DNA from: an uncultured Clostridia bacterium
GTDB lineage: Bacteria > Bacillota > Clostridia > Christensenellales > Borkfalkiaceae
Assembly (NCBI GenBank): GCA_944328845.1
Contig: CALVHV010000001.1
Location: forward strand, 1-60,334
Reading direction: 5' to 3'
Length of the DNA: 60,334 nucleotides
The notes below the pieces were generated by a model. The model was not told the DNA's origin, made no database searches, and saw nothing but the letters and a program-made list of their open reading frames with translations. The position numbers and the translations under genes are program-made. How positions within the stretch are numbered: position 1 is the stretch's first letter; each line of letters opens with the position of its first letter. Of the stretch, positions 47,214 through 55,565 are shown in pieces.

Positions 47214-48686
47214 TTAACCGAAGCAAGCGAGCAGGAATCCTGCAGCGATCGCCGAACCGATGACACCCGCAACGTTCGGGCCCATGGCATGCATGAGCAA
47301 GTGGTTGCTCGGGTCTTCTTCCCTGCCGACGTCTTCGGAAATACGCGCCGCCATAGGCACCGCGGAAACGCCTGCCGAACCGATGAGCGGATTGATTTTG
47401 CCGCCCGACAGTTTGCACATGAGTTTGCCGACCAACAAGCCGCCGATGGTACCGAATATGAAAGCGATCAGTCCGAGCCCGATAATGAACAGCGTCTGCA
47501 CCTGCAGGAACGTGGTACCGACAGCCTTGCAACCGACAGAAACGCCGAGGAAAATCGTGATCGTGTTCATCAAACCGTTCTGCGCCTGCGAAGAGAGCCT
47601 GCCGACAACGCCGCTTTCGCGCATGAGGTTGCCGAGCATGAGCATGCCGAGCAGAGGGATCGCATCAGGAAGCAGGATCCCGACGACCAACGTAACGAGG
47701 ACAGGGAAAATGATTTTTTCAAGTTTGCTGACCTCGCGCAGCTGTTTCATCTTGACGGCGCGCTCTTTCTTGGTCGTGAGCCAACGCATGAGAGGCTTCT
47801 GGATGATCGGAATCAGCGCCATGTACGAATATGCCGCGATGGCGATGGTCGCAAGAAGATCCTGTTCTGTACGCGCCGCGAGTTGCTGCGTAAGGTAAAT
47901 CGCCGTAGGCCCGTCCGCACCACCGATGATGGCGATGGAAGCCGCAGCGGCAGCATCAAAGTTGATCACAACGGCCATGAACAATGTAAAGAATACGCCC
48001 AGCTGTGCCGCAGCGCCGAGGATCATGCTCTTCGGGTTTGCGATCAGCGGCCCGAAATCGGTCATTGCACCGATCCCGAGGAAAATGAGAGGCGGGTAGA
48101 TAACGTTTTCGACGCCGAAATACAGATACCACAACAAGCCGCGGTTTGTCACGTCCATGTAGGCGTGTGAAATGATAATGTCCGCACTTTCAAAGGTCGT
48201 AACACCGTTGGAGACAGTGCCAGAAATATACCCTTGCAGGGTATACATCTCCGTGAAGTTGATGACCTGCGCCGTGGAAACGGTACCTGCCTGCAACGCA
48301 GCAAAGCTATCGTAATAGGTCAGAGTCTCTCCGTTGAGGAACCCTTCTTTGACATAGATCAAGGTGTCTTTTGTGCCGTTGAGCAGATACACTCCCACGT
48401 ATTCGAGCGAGCCGTCCGAATTCAACCCGAGTTCGAGGGATGTATCCGGCGTTTCGTACCTGCCCCATACGATGTTCTGCGCACCGGGGATGTTGATGAT
48501 GAACATACCGAACGCGATGGGCAGAAGCAGGAGCGGTTCAAATTTTTTGACAATGGCGAGATACATCAGAACGAAGGAAACCAAGATCATGACATAGTTT
48601 TCCCAGCTCCCCTGTACAAAACCGGAAGATTTCCACAGGTTGATGAATATTTCGCCAATGTTCATTCCTGACGAAAGAATATGCAT
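47214..48686 (-). CDS. oadB: Na+-translocating decarboxylase beta subunit with a large loop insertion
   Basis: EPLLLLPI, GAMTDFGP, IGGADGPT, AYSYM, SAVPMAAR, HAMGPNVAGVIGS. Confidence 0.95.
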   Translation of the reverse strand: MHILSSGMNIGEIFINLWKSSGFVQGSWENYVMILVSFVLMYLAIVKKFEPLLLLPIAFGMFIINIPGAQNIVWGRYETPDTSLELGLNSDGSLEYVGVYLLNGTKDTLIYVKEGFLNGETLTYYDSFAALQAGTVSTAQVINFTEMYTLQGYISGTVSNGVTTFESADIIISHAYMDVTNRGLLWYLYFGVENVIYPPLIFLGIGAMTDFGPLIANPKSMILGAAAQLGVFFTLFMAVVINFDAAAAASIAIIGGADGPTAIYLTQQLAARTEQDLLATIAIAAYSYMALIPIIQKPLMRWLTTKKERAVKMKQLREVSKLEKIIFPVLVTLVVGILLPDAIPLLGMLMLGNLMRESGVVGRLSSQAQNGLMNTITIFLGVSVGCKAVGTTFLQVQTLFIIGLGLIAFIFGTIGGLLVGKLMCKLSGGKINPLIGSAGVSAVPMAARISEDVGREEDPSNHLLMHAMGPNVAGVIGSAIAAGFLLACFG

Positions 48687-48702
48687 GTTTGCACCACCCG
48701 TA

Positions 48703-49062
48703 TCAGCCGATCACTGCGAGCAGCGCATTTGTTTCTACGTTGTTGCCGACCGCCGTTTTAAAGGAAACTTTTCCGTCGCAGGGCGCCGTGATGTCGTTAT
48801 CCATCTTCATCGCTTCGAGGATGAGAATGGGCTGGTCTTTTTTGACAGTCGCCCCTTCGCTGACGACAAATTTCTTGATGAGCCCGGGGAAAGGAGAAAG
48901 CACCTTTTCGCCGGAAACGGGAGCAGAGGCTGCGGGAGCAGGCTGTGCCGCGGGTGCAGCCGCAGGAGCGGCAACCGTGTTGACGACCGTCTGATCGGCT
49001 CCGATCTCTTCTACGCCGACTTCGTAATTTTTACCATCGATAGTGACAACGAATTTACGCAT
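48703..49062 (-). CDS. biotin carboxyl carrier subunit (MmdC/GcdC-like)
   Basis: V.IDGK.YEV, Ala/Pro linker, EAMKM. Confidence 0.93.
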   Translation of the reverse strand: MRKFVVTIDGKNYEVGVEEIGADQTVVNTVAAPAAAPAAQPAPAASAPVSGEKVLSPFPGLIKKFVVSEGATVKKDQPILILEAMKMDNDITAPCDGKVSFKTAVGNNVETNALLAVIG

Positions 49063-49075
49063 TTTTGTTTTCTCC

Positions 49076-49408
49076 TTATATTCTCTTAATTCTCTTTACT
49101 TTAAATTCGCACGAGCTCTGTTCGCCCGCATAATATGCCGCGATCGCCGCAATGATGGCGACGCGCACCTCTTCCCCGATCTCCTCGGCAGGCTCTTGCG
49201 TTTCCGCCGCAGGCAGTTCCTTCACGGTCTTCTCCTTTTTGCGCTCGCGCAGCACAGAAGCCTGTTTGGCGCCTTTGCCCAACAACCAGACAAAGAAAAT
49301 AAGGAGAAAGATCCCTACAAATGTGACGGCAAAACCGATGACCGCATAGATCAGCGCATCCAGGATACTGATCCACTGCACATCCTTTGCCAACAACGAT
49401 GTCAGCAT
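49076..49408 (-). CDS. OadG/MmdD-type membrane anchor subunit
   Basis: One TM helix, linker, AIIAAIAAY, FKVKRIKR. Confidence 0.85.
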   Translation of the reverse strand: MLTSLLAKDVQWISILDALIYAVIGFAVTFVGIFLLIFFVWLLGKGAKQASVLRERKKEKTVKELPAAETQEPAEEIGEEVRVAIIAAIAAYYAGEQSSCEFKVKRIKRI

Positions 49409-49418
49409 GTTCCGCACC

Positions 49419-50807
49419 TCACTTCAGCAACATCTGGAGCGATGCAACCAGATACTGCCTGACAAACTGCGGTTCGATGATATTATCGATATATCCGTTT
49501 TTCGCCGCGTGGATCGGATCGGAATTCTCGTCTGCATAACGCGCGGAGAGTTTTGCTTTGTCCGCCTTCTTTTCTTCGGCAAACTCGATCTCGGCACCCT
49601 TCTCGCTGTCGAACAGCGCGATCCTGGCGTTTGCAAACGCATAGCTGTAATCAAAGCCCGCAGACTTTGCTGCAAGAAGCGTATACCCGAGGCCGATGGC
49701 GCTCCCATACACGACGGAGATCTTTGCGTTGTCCAAAAGATCGTATGTTTCCAGAAGTTTGAAGATGTTTTTCAAAACAAGACTGTTCTGCGCCGTAAGG
49801 TCGGGCTGAATCCCCTGCGCATCTACAAAGCTGACAAACGGAAGCCCGTAATAGGAGGCAAATTCCGCAAAAGAGATCATCTTTGCAACGTTGTTCTCGT
49901 TGAGGAAAACGGGTTTCTCCCCGCCCGTAACGACAGCAGCAACGGAGATCCCGCCGATTCTGCCGAGTACGCAACGCACTTCGGGAGAACAGTTTTTCCC
50001 GATCTCCACGACAGTATCCTTGTCAAACACCTCAGCAATGAGCGCTTCGGCATCGCACTTCTCGTTGAGCTTGGGAGCCGCGACGTTCAGGTCTGCGCCG
50101 TTGTCCACGACGAGTGCGCTGTAATCGGGCAGAACGGCAAAGATCTTTGCCATCGTATCGCGCACCTGCGCCATGTCTTCCGCCTCGAAGGAAACGAGGT
50201 TCGTCTTGTTCAGCGCCTTTGCCCCGCCGACCGCCTCTTTGGCGATGTTTTTGCCGCTCTTAGCGGAAAGGACCAGCGGACTGTCCGCCGCGAGCACGCC
50301 CTCTTTCATGAAGAAAGTAAAGTCCGCGCAGGCAGCCAAAAGCGCCGTCTGACCGTACACTTCCCCGTCGACGACGGCGAACTGCGGAACCACGCCGTGC
50401 AGTTTTGCGGCCTTGGCGAGGAGCTGTGCCAACCCTTCCAAAACGGTAACGCCTTCGCCGATCTGCACGCCGAGGCTGTGAAGGATATAGACGACCGGGG
50501 TGGAATTCTTTTCCGCGAGGTCGAGGCACTTAAGCAGTTTTGCGCAATTTTCGCTGCTCACGCCGCCGCTGAGAACTTCAAAGTTCTGAGCCGCAACATA
50601 GACGGGGTTCCCTTCTATGGTAGCAAATCCAGTAACGACTCCCTCTCCCGGTGCCTCTTCTCCGTAAAATTCGTTTTTGGAGAAGCTGAAACCGGAAAGC
50701 TCCACAAAACTGTCTCCGTCGACGAGCGCAGAAATGGTTTTGCGGATCGAGCTCCCTGCTGCAAGGACTTCGTTGCGCCTTGTCCGGAGCAATTTGATCT
50801 TATCCAT
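49419..50807 (-). CDS. divergent acyl-CoA carboxyltransferase (MmdA/PccB-like)
   Basis: GVVTGFATIEG, QNFEVLSGG, VPQ, GRIGG, GYIDNIIEP; glycine-rich active-site motifs altered. Confidence 0.85.
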   Translation of the reverse strand: MDKIKLLRTRRNEVLAAGSSIRKTISALVDGDSFVELSGFSFSKNEFYGEEAPGEGVVTGFATIEGNPVYVAAQNFEVLSGGVSSENCAKLLKCLDLAEKNSTPVVYILHSLGVQIGEGVTVLEGLAQLLAKAAKLHGVVPQFAVVDGEVYGQTALLAACADFTFFMKEGVLAADSPLVLSAKSGKNIAKEAVGGAKALNKTNLVSFEAEDMAQVRDTMAKIFAVLPDYSALVVDNGADLNVAAPKLNEKCDAEALIAEVFDKDTVVEIGKNCSPEVRCVLGRIGGISVAAVVTGGEKPVFLNENNVAKMISFAEFASYYGLPFVSFVDAQGIQPDLTAQNSLVLKNIFKLLETYDLLDNAKISVVYGSAIGLGYTLLAAKSAGFDYSYAFANARIALFDSEKGAEIEFAEEKKADKAKLSARYADENSDPIHAAKNGYIDNIIEPQFVRQYLVASLQMLLK

Positions 50808-50840
50808 AATACCTCCCTGAAAAGTATTCCAATTCTATCC

Positions 50841-50868
50841 ATTTTATATTATAAAACATTTTTGTCAA
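50841..50868 (-). promoter_or_regulatory. sigma-A promoter TTGACA-N16-TAAAAT for the decarboxylase cluster
   Basis: -35 lies within the inverted repeat at 50862..50887. Confidence 0.55.
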
Positions 50869-50970
50869 AAAAGCAATTTTTTGACAAGAGAAAATGCGAC
50901 GATCTCCCCGTTTTTCGCCCAGCGAAAACATGATTCCCCTTTTTCGTACGGGTTAAACGGGACAGGGAAA

Positions 50971-51696
50971 TCAGTGTCTTTCCTCCATGTCGTCATAGGT
51001 CTCGCAAAATCTCCCCGAAAAGGAAACGGGTTCCCTTGCAACGTAGAGATGAGAAACGTCCCCGTACGATGCACAGCGGAAAGACGCGATCCCGCGCTCC
51101 CGCTCCTCTGTATAGACGGTCGTCACCGACGTGGGCGCAGCCGCAAAGTGCTGCAGGAGCGCCACGGGAGACTGGTTGAAGAGATGGGACAGTATGACCG
51201 CCGTCGCTCCGAAATGGCAGAAAAAGACGAGAGTGTCCCTGTTAGGTCTTTCGACCGCATAAAAACTGCCCCTGCGCACATACCCGTGTTCGGAAAGCAC
51301 CCCGTCGATCCCTTCGCACACGGCTCGGTATGCCTGCGGGACACCGCTGTCACGGATAAACGGAACATCCTGCCACCCGCTCGCAGAATACAACTGGGGA
51401 TATTTGTCCATAAAAGAGGGCATAAAATCCCAGATAAGGTGTTTTTCACCGCTTTGCGGAAGAAAGACGGGCGTCGTAAACTCGCGCAGCCATGCAAACG
51501 TCTCGCCCGTCCTGCCAAGCCGCTTCAACGTCGCTTCGCCCGTCCTCTGCGCCCGCCCCTGCGGGGAGAGATAGATATAATCCATCTTCTCCCCCTGCAG
51601 GCGATCGGCAAGAAACTCTGCCTCGCGGACACCCTTTTCCGTGAGCGTATCGTTTTCGTAATCAGGGTCGCCGTGTCTGATAAACAGCAATCGCAT
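50971..51696 (-). CDS. histidine phosphatase family protein
   Basis: RHG, LTEKG, SP..RA..T, LREF, CH. Confidence 0.9.
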   Translation of the reverse strand: MRLLFIRHGDPDYENDTLTEKGVREAEFLADRLQGEKMDYIYLSPQGRAQRTGEATLKRLGRTGETFAWLREFTTPVFLPQSGEKHLIWDFMPSFMDKYPQLYSASGWQDVPFIRDSGVPQAYRAVCEGIDGVLSEHGYVRRGSFYAVERPNRDTLVFFCHFGATAVILSHLFNQSPVALLQHFAAAPTSVTTVYTEERERGIASFRCASYGDVSHLYVAREPVSFSGRFCETYDDMEERH

Positions 51697-51707
51697 ATAC
51701 TCGCCTC

Positions 51708-52892
51708 TTACAGAGAATACTCCCCTGCCAGTTTTTCAAAAGCAGGAAGAGAGCGCTTTATCATCTCGGGCGAAACACAGTAAGCGATGCGCACGTAGCC
51801 GGGACACCCGAAGTCGTCGCCGGGAACGAGCAACAGATCGTATTTCTTTGCCCGTTCGCAGAAAGCGTTCGCGTCCTGCTCGGGAGATTTGACAAACAGG
51901 TAAAACGCGCCGCCCGGCTGCACACAACGGAAACCGTAACCGCGCAGTGCTCCGACGAGCAGATCCCTGTTTTTCTCATACACGGATACGTCGGAAGTGA
52001 TCCCCTGGCAGCGGGCGATCATTTTCTGGAACAGCGAGGGCGCGCACACATACCCGTGCGCCCTGCCCGCCCCGCAGACGGCAAGGTAGATCTCTTTTGC
52101 CCTGTCTGCCTGCGGATTGACGAAGATATAGCCGATTCGCTCGCCGGGCAGAGAGAGAGATTTTGAATAAGAATAACAAACGATGGTATCCTTATAGTAA
52201 GCGGTGAGATACGGGACCTTGACGCCGCCGTAGACAAGTTCGCGATACGGCTCGTCCGTCACAAGGTAAATGGTCCTGCCCGTTTCCGCCGACTTTCTGC
52301 GCAAGAGATCTGCCAGCTTCCTGATCGTTTCCTCACTGTACACGACGCCGCTCGGATTGTTGGGGGAATTGACGAGCACCGCTGCCGTCTTCGCGCCGAC
52401 AGACTTTTCCAAAAGGTTAAAATCGATCTGGAAAGTATCCGGCTCGGAAGCGAGCGCAACGAGCTTTGCCCCAGCCGTTTCCGCAAACACCTTGTATTCG
52501 GTAAAATACGGCGCAAAGGTGATGACCTCGTCCCCCTCTTCACACACTGCAGACAGAGAAATAACGAGAGAAGCGGCGGCGCCGCAAGTCATGTAGATGT
52601 AATCGGGGTCGCAGGGAACGCCGTGCGTTTTTGTGATATAGTCGCTGATGGCGCGGCGCACGGTCAGATCGCCCTGTGCGGACGTATATCCGTGCAGCGC
52701 GGTGGGATTTTCTTCCCGCAACAACTGCGTGAGCACATCCTCTACCTGCTGCGGCGGATTGACGCTGGGGTTGCCCAAACTGAAATCGTACACATTTTCC
52801 GCACCGACTTCCTGCGCGCGCTTTTTGCCGAATTCGAAGATCTCCCTGATCACCGAACGTTTGCTGCCAAGACCGTACATTCTCTGATTCAT
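51708..52892 (-). CDS. class I/II PLP aminotransferase (aspartate aminotransferase-like)
   Basis: SLGNP, NSPNNPSG, DEPY, SYSKSLSLPGERIG, GAFY. Confidence 0.92.
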   Translation of the reverse strand: MNQRMYGLGSKRSVIREIFEFGKKRAQEVGAENVYDFSLGNPSVNPPQQVEDVLTQLLREENPTALHGYTSAQGDLTVRRAISDYITKTHGVPCDPDYIYMTCGAAASLVISLSAVCEEGDEVITFAPYFTEYKVFAETAGAKLVALASEPDTFQIDFNLLEKSVGAKTAAVLVNSPNNPSGVVYSEETIRKLADLLRRKSAETGRTIYLVTDEPYRELVYGGVKVPYLTAYYKDTIVCYSYSKSLSLPGERIGYIFVNPQADRAKEIYLAVCGAGRAHGYVCAPSLFQKMIARCQGITSDVSVYEKNRDLLVGALRGYGFRCVQPGGAFYLFVKSPEQDANAFCERAKKYDLLLVPGDDFGCPGYVRIAYCVSPEMIKRSLPAFEKLAGEYSL

Positions 52893-52922
52893 ACATGTCA
52901 CCTCAAAAAATATTTCCTACTC

Positions 52923-52951
52923 ATTATAACACAAAAAACGCGCGCTTACAA
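52923..52951 (-). promoter_or_regulatory. sigma-A promoter TTGTAA-N17-TATAAT
   Basis: Extended -10 upstream of the aminotransferase. Confidence 0.7.
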
Positions 52952-53018
52952 GTGGGCACGGGCATTTGAAAAAAACAGCCGAAAAAAAGTTTCCCGTCCC
53001 CGAAAAAGCCTTCAACGC

Positions 53019-53047
53019 TTGACAAATTTTGCAAAAAAAACTATACT
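53019..53047 (+). promoter_or_regulatory. sigma-A promoter TTGACA-N17-TATACT
   Basis: Upstream of mgtE; the leader is too short for an M-box. Confidence 0.8.
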
Positions 53048-53078
53048 TTTTCTGTTAAAGGGATTCGGGAGGTGTACC

Positions 53079-54776
53079 GTGAGAGAAAAAATATTGCAAC
53101 TTCTTCAAGAAGAAAAAACGGACGACCTGAAAGAACTTTTAAAGGATATGTCTTTGGAAGAACTCGCCGACATCCTGCAGTCGATGGACAGCGAAAATCT
53201 GACAAAGCTCTTCGATGCGCTGGATAAAGAGACAGCCGCCGATGTATTTGTCTTGCTCGACCGCGACACACAGAAACGCGTTTTAAAAGATTTCAGCGAC
53301 GTCAAACTGCAGCCCGTTACCGACGAGATCATCGACGACGACGTGGAAGAACTGCTGGAAAGCATGCCGACCGACGTCGTGCACGAGGTCCTTCTCAAGG
53401 CAACGCCTGAAAACAGAAACGATAAAATTGTTGAAATTGTCGATTATCTCGGCGAAAAGAAGTATGCACTGTTAAAGCCGCTGCTTGCGGAACTGGAGCC
53501 TGTCGACCTTGCGGAGATCTTTGCCGAACTGGACGAAGAAGACCTGCCCATCGTATTCCGACTGCTCCCCAAAGAGCTTGCCGCCGAGACGTTTGTGGAG
53601 ATGAACAGCACCCAACAGCAGCTGCTCATCCGCTCCTTTTCGGATAAAGAACTTAAACTGATCATCGACGAACTTTTTGTCGACGATACCGTCGACCTCA
53701 TCGAGGAGATGCCTGCAAACGTCGTGCGCAGGATCCTGATGCAGGCGGACAGCGAAACGCGCAAAGAGATCAACGAGATCTTAAAGTACCCCAAAGACAG
53801 CGCCGGCAGCATTATGACGACGGAATGTATTTCCCTGCGTGCGCATATGTCGGTACAGGAATGTTTTAAGAAGATACGGAAGGAAGCGATCGATAAAGAG
53901 ACCATTTATACCTGCTATGTCACGGACGACCAGAAAACGCTGATCGGCACCGTTACCGTAAAAGATCTCTTCTTGCACGCATACGAAGAAAAAGTGGAAT
54001 CGTTTATGGAAACCAATTTTATCTTCGTCAACACGCAGGACGACAAGGAAGAAGTCGCCAACGTCCTTTCCAAGTACGACCTGCTCTCCGTCCCCGTCGT
54101 CGATCAGGAAAACAGACTGGTCGGCATCGTCACCATTGACGACGCTCTCGACGTCATCACCGAAGAAGCGACGGAAGATATCTCGTATATCAACTCGGTC
54201 ACCCCTTCCGATAAACCGTATCTGGAAACCAACGTCTTTCGGGTGTACCTGCACCGCATCCCCTGGCTGCTCATTCTGATGGTGAGCGCCACGTTTACAG
54301 GGCTCATCCTCAATACGTATGAATCCATGCTGTCTACCTTGCTCGTGGCATGCGTCCCCATGGTGATGGGAACGGGCGGAAACGCAGGCAGCCAGGCGTC
54401 CGTTACCGTCATCCGCGGCATGGCGCTGGACGAGATACGGCCGCGAGATATAGGAAAAGTGGTCTGGAAAGAGATCCGCGTTTCCCTGCTCGTCGCCATC
54501 TCCGTCGGCATTGTCTGCTTTGCAAAACTGCAGCTCATCGACAGGCTTCTCTTCGGATACGAATATACACTTCTGTATTCGCTTGCCGTCGGCACGGCGA
54601 TCGCCTTTGCAGTCGTCGTCGCAAAGATCGTAGGTTGCTGCGTGCCCATTTTCGCCAAGTCCATCCACATCGACCCTGCCGTCTTTGCAAATCCTTTTAT
54701 CACGACGATCACGGATGTTTTGTCCCTGCTTATTTTCTGCGGCGTTACACTCGGGCTCTTCCACCTCGGCACATAA
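53079..54776 (+). CDS. mgtE: magnesium transporter MgtE with duplicated N-domain
   Basis: GGAGG SD plus GTG; SAGSIMT, CBS pair, GIVTIDD, RIPWL, GGNAGSQ, DPA, PFITTITD. Confidence 0.95.
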   Translation: MREKILQLLQEEKTDDLKELLKDMSLEELADILQSMDSENLTKLFDALDKETAADVFVLLDRDTQKRVLKDFSDVKLQPVTDEIIDDDVEELLESMPTDVVHEVLLKATPENRNDKIVEIVDYLGEKKYALLKPLLAELEPVDLAEIFAELDEEDLPIVFRLLPKELAAETFVEMNSTQQQLLIRSFSDKELKLIIDELFVDDTVDLIEEMPANVVRRILMQADSETRKEINEILKYPKDSAGSIMTTECISLRAHMSVQECFKKIRKEAIDKETIYTCYVTDDQKTLIGTVTVKDLFLHAYEEKVESFMETNFIFVNTQDDKEEVANVLSKYDLLSVPVVDQENRLVGIVTIDDALDVITEEATEDISYINSVTPSDKPYLETNVFRVYLHRIPWLLILMVSATFTGLILNTYESMLSTLLVACVPMVMGTGGNAGSQASVTVIRGMALDEIRPRDIGKVVWKEIRVSLLVAISVGIVCFAKLQLIDRLLFGYEYTLLYSLAVGTAIAFAVVVAKIVGCCVPIFAKSIHIDPAVFANPFITTITDVLSLLIFCGVTLGLFHLGT

Positions 54777-54829
54777 AAAAACTCCCTCAAATGCCTGTTT
54801 CCGACAGGGATTTTAATTGAATAATTTAT

Positions 54830-54870
54830 TAAGCTCGACTTTTTGTAAGTCGAGCTTTCTTTTTTTCCAT
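54830..54870 (+). terminator. terminator after mgtE
   Basis: AAGCTCGACTT/AAGTCGAGCTT stem plus T-run. Confidence 0.8.
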
Positions 54871-54880
54871 TCAAAAGCGA

Positions 54881-54909
54881 TTGAATTGAATTTAATTTTA
54901 TGATAGAAT
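54881..54909 (+). promoter_or_regulatory. sigma-A promoter TTGAAT-N17-TAGAAT
   Basis: Extended -10; directly precedes the left cassette-like boundary. Confidence 0.7.
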
Positions 54910-54948
54910 AAACTTACCGATAAATAAGAATTAGAAAAGAGAGTTATT

Positions 54949-55386
54949 ATGTATAGGGAACTTATTAAAAAACTGACAGCGTCCAATCAGTGGGCAAATG
55001 TGCAAGAACCTTGTCCCGAAGAAGAAATACAGAGAGCAGAAAAATATGTGGGATTCTCATTCCCCGAAGAACTCAAAGCATTGTTGCGAGAAACAAATGG
55101 CGACCATTGGTTTTTACTCTCGGCAGAAAGAATCATAAGCCATGTAAAAGAAAATAGAGAGATATTCCCAGAATATCTTGCCCCAGATGAATTTGAAGAA
55201 AAAGTCAATCGTTTTGTTTTCTTTGCGACCAATGGTTGCGGTGATTATTACTGCTATCGTGTTCTTAAAAATGGAGAAACAGATGCTTCTGTAATCTACA
55301 TTTGGGAGCATGAACTATTTAAAATTCGTGAGGTTGCAAAAAGCCTTGCCGAATTGATAACCAAGTATTACAACGATGAAGTGTAA
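54949..55386 (+). CDS. SMI1/KNR4 (SUKH) family protein, orphan immunity-like
   Basis: EEEIQRAE..GFSFPEELKALL.ETNG, FATNGCGDYY, IYIWEHE, AKSLAE; visibly AT-richer than its neighbours. Confidence 0.88.
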   Translation: MYRELIKKLTASNQWANVQEPCPEEEIQRAEKYVGFSFPEELKALLRETNGDHWFLLSAERIISHVKENREIFPEYLAPDEFEEKVNRFVFFATNGCGDYYCYRVLKNGETDASVIYIWEHELFKIREVAKSLAELITKYYNDEV

Positions 55387-55477
55387 TGCTAACAAGTTTC
55401 AATTTATCGAATTGCCGTGTTGGTTTTGTGGTAAAAATTTTTGCAAGCAAAATCGTGTATTTTTTGCAAAGTAAAAG

Positions 55478-55510
55478 AAAGACTAACGAAATTTTTTCGT
55501 TAGTCTTTTA
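55478..55510. terminator. bidirectional terminator
   Basis: AAAGACTAACGAA/TTCGTTAGTCTTT. Confidence 0.75.
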
Positions 55511-55565
55511 TAATGTCTAAAAAATCCCTATGGGAAGAGCGGTAATGCGGGAGCTTTTTTTATTT

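Noticed and set aside
52623-53078. 152-aa N-terminal extension of the mgtE ORF in the track
   Set aside because: It overlaps the aminotransferase gene and both promoters; the SD-supported start is GTG 53079.
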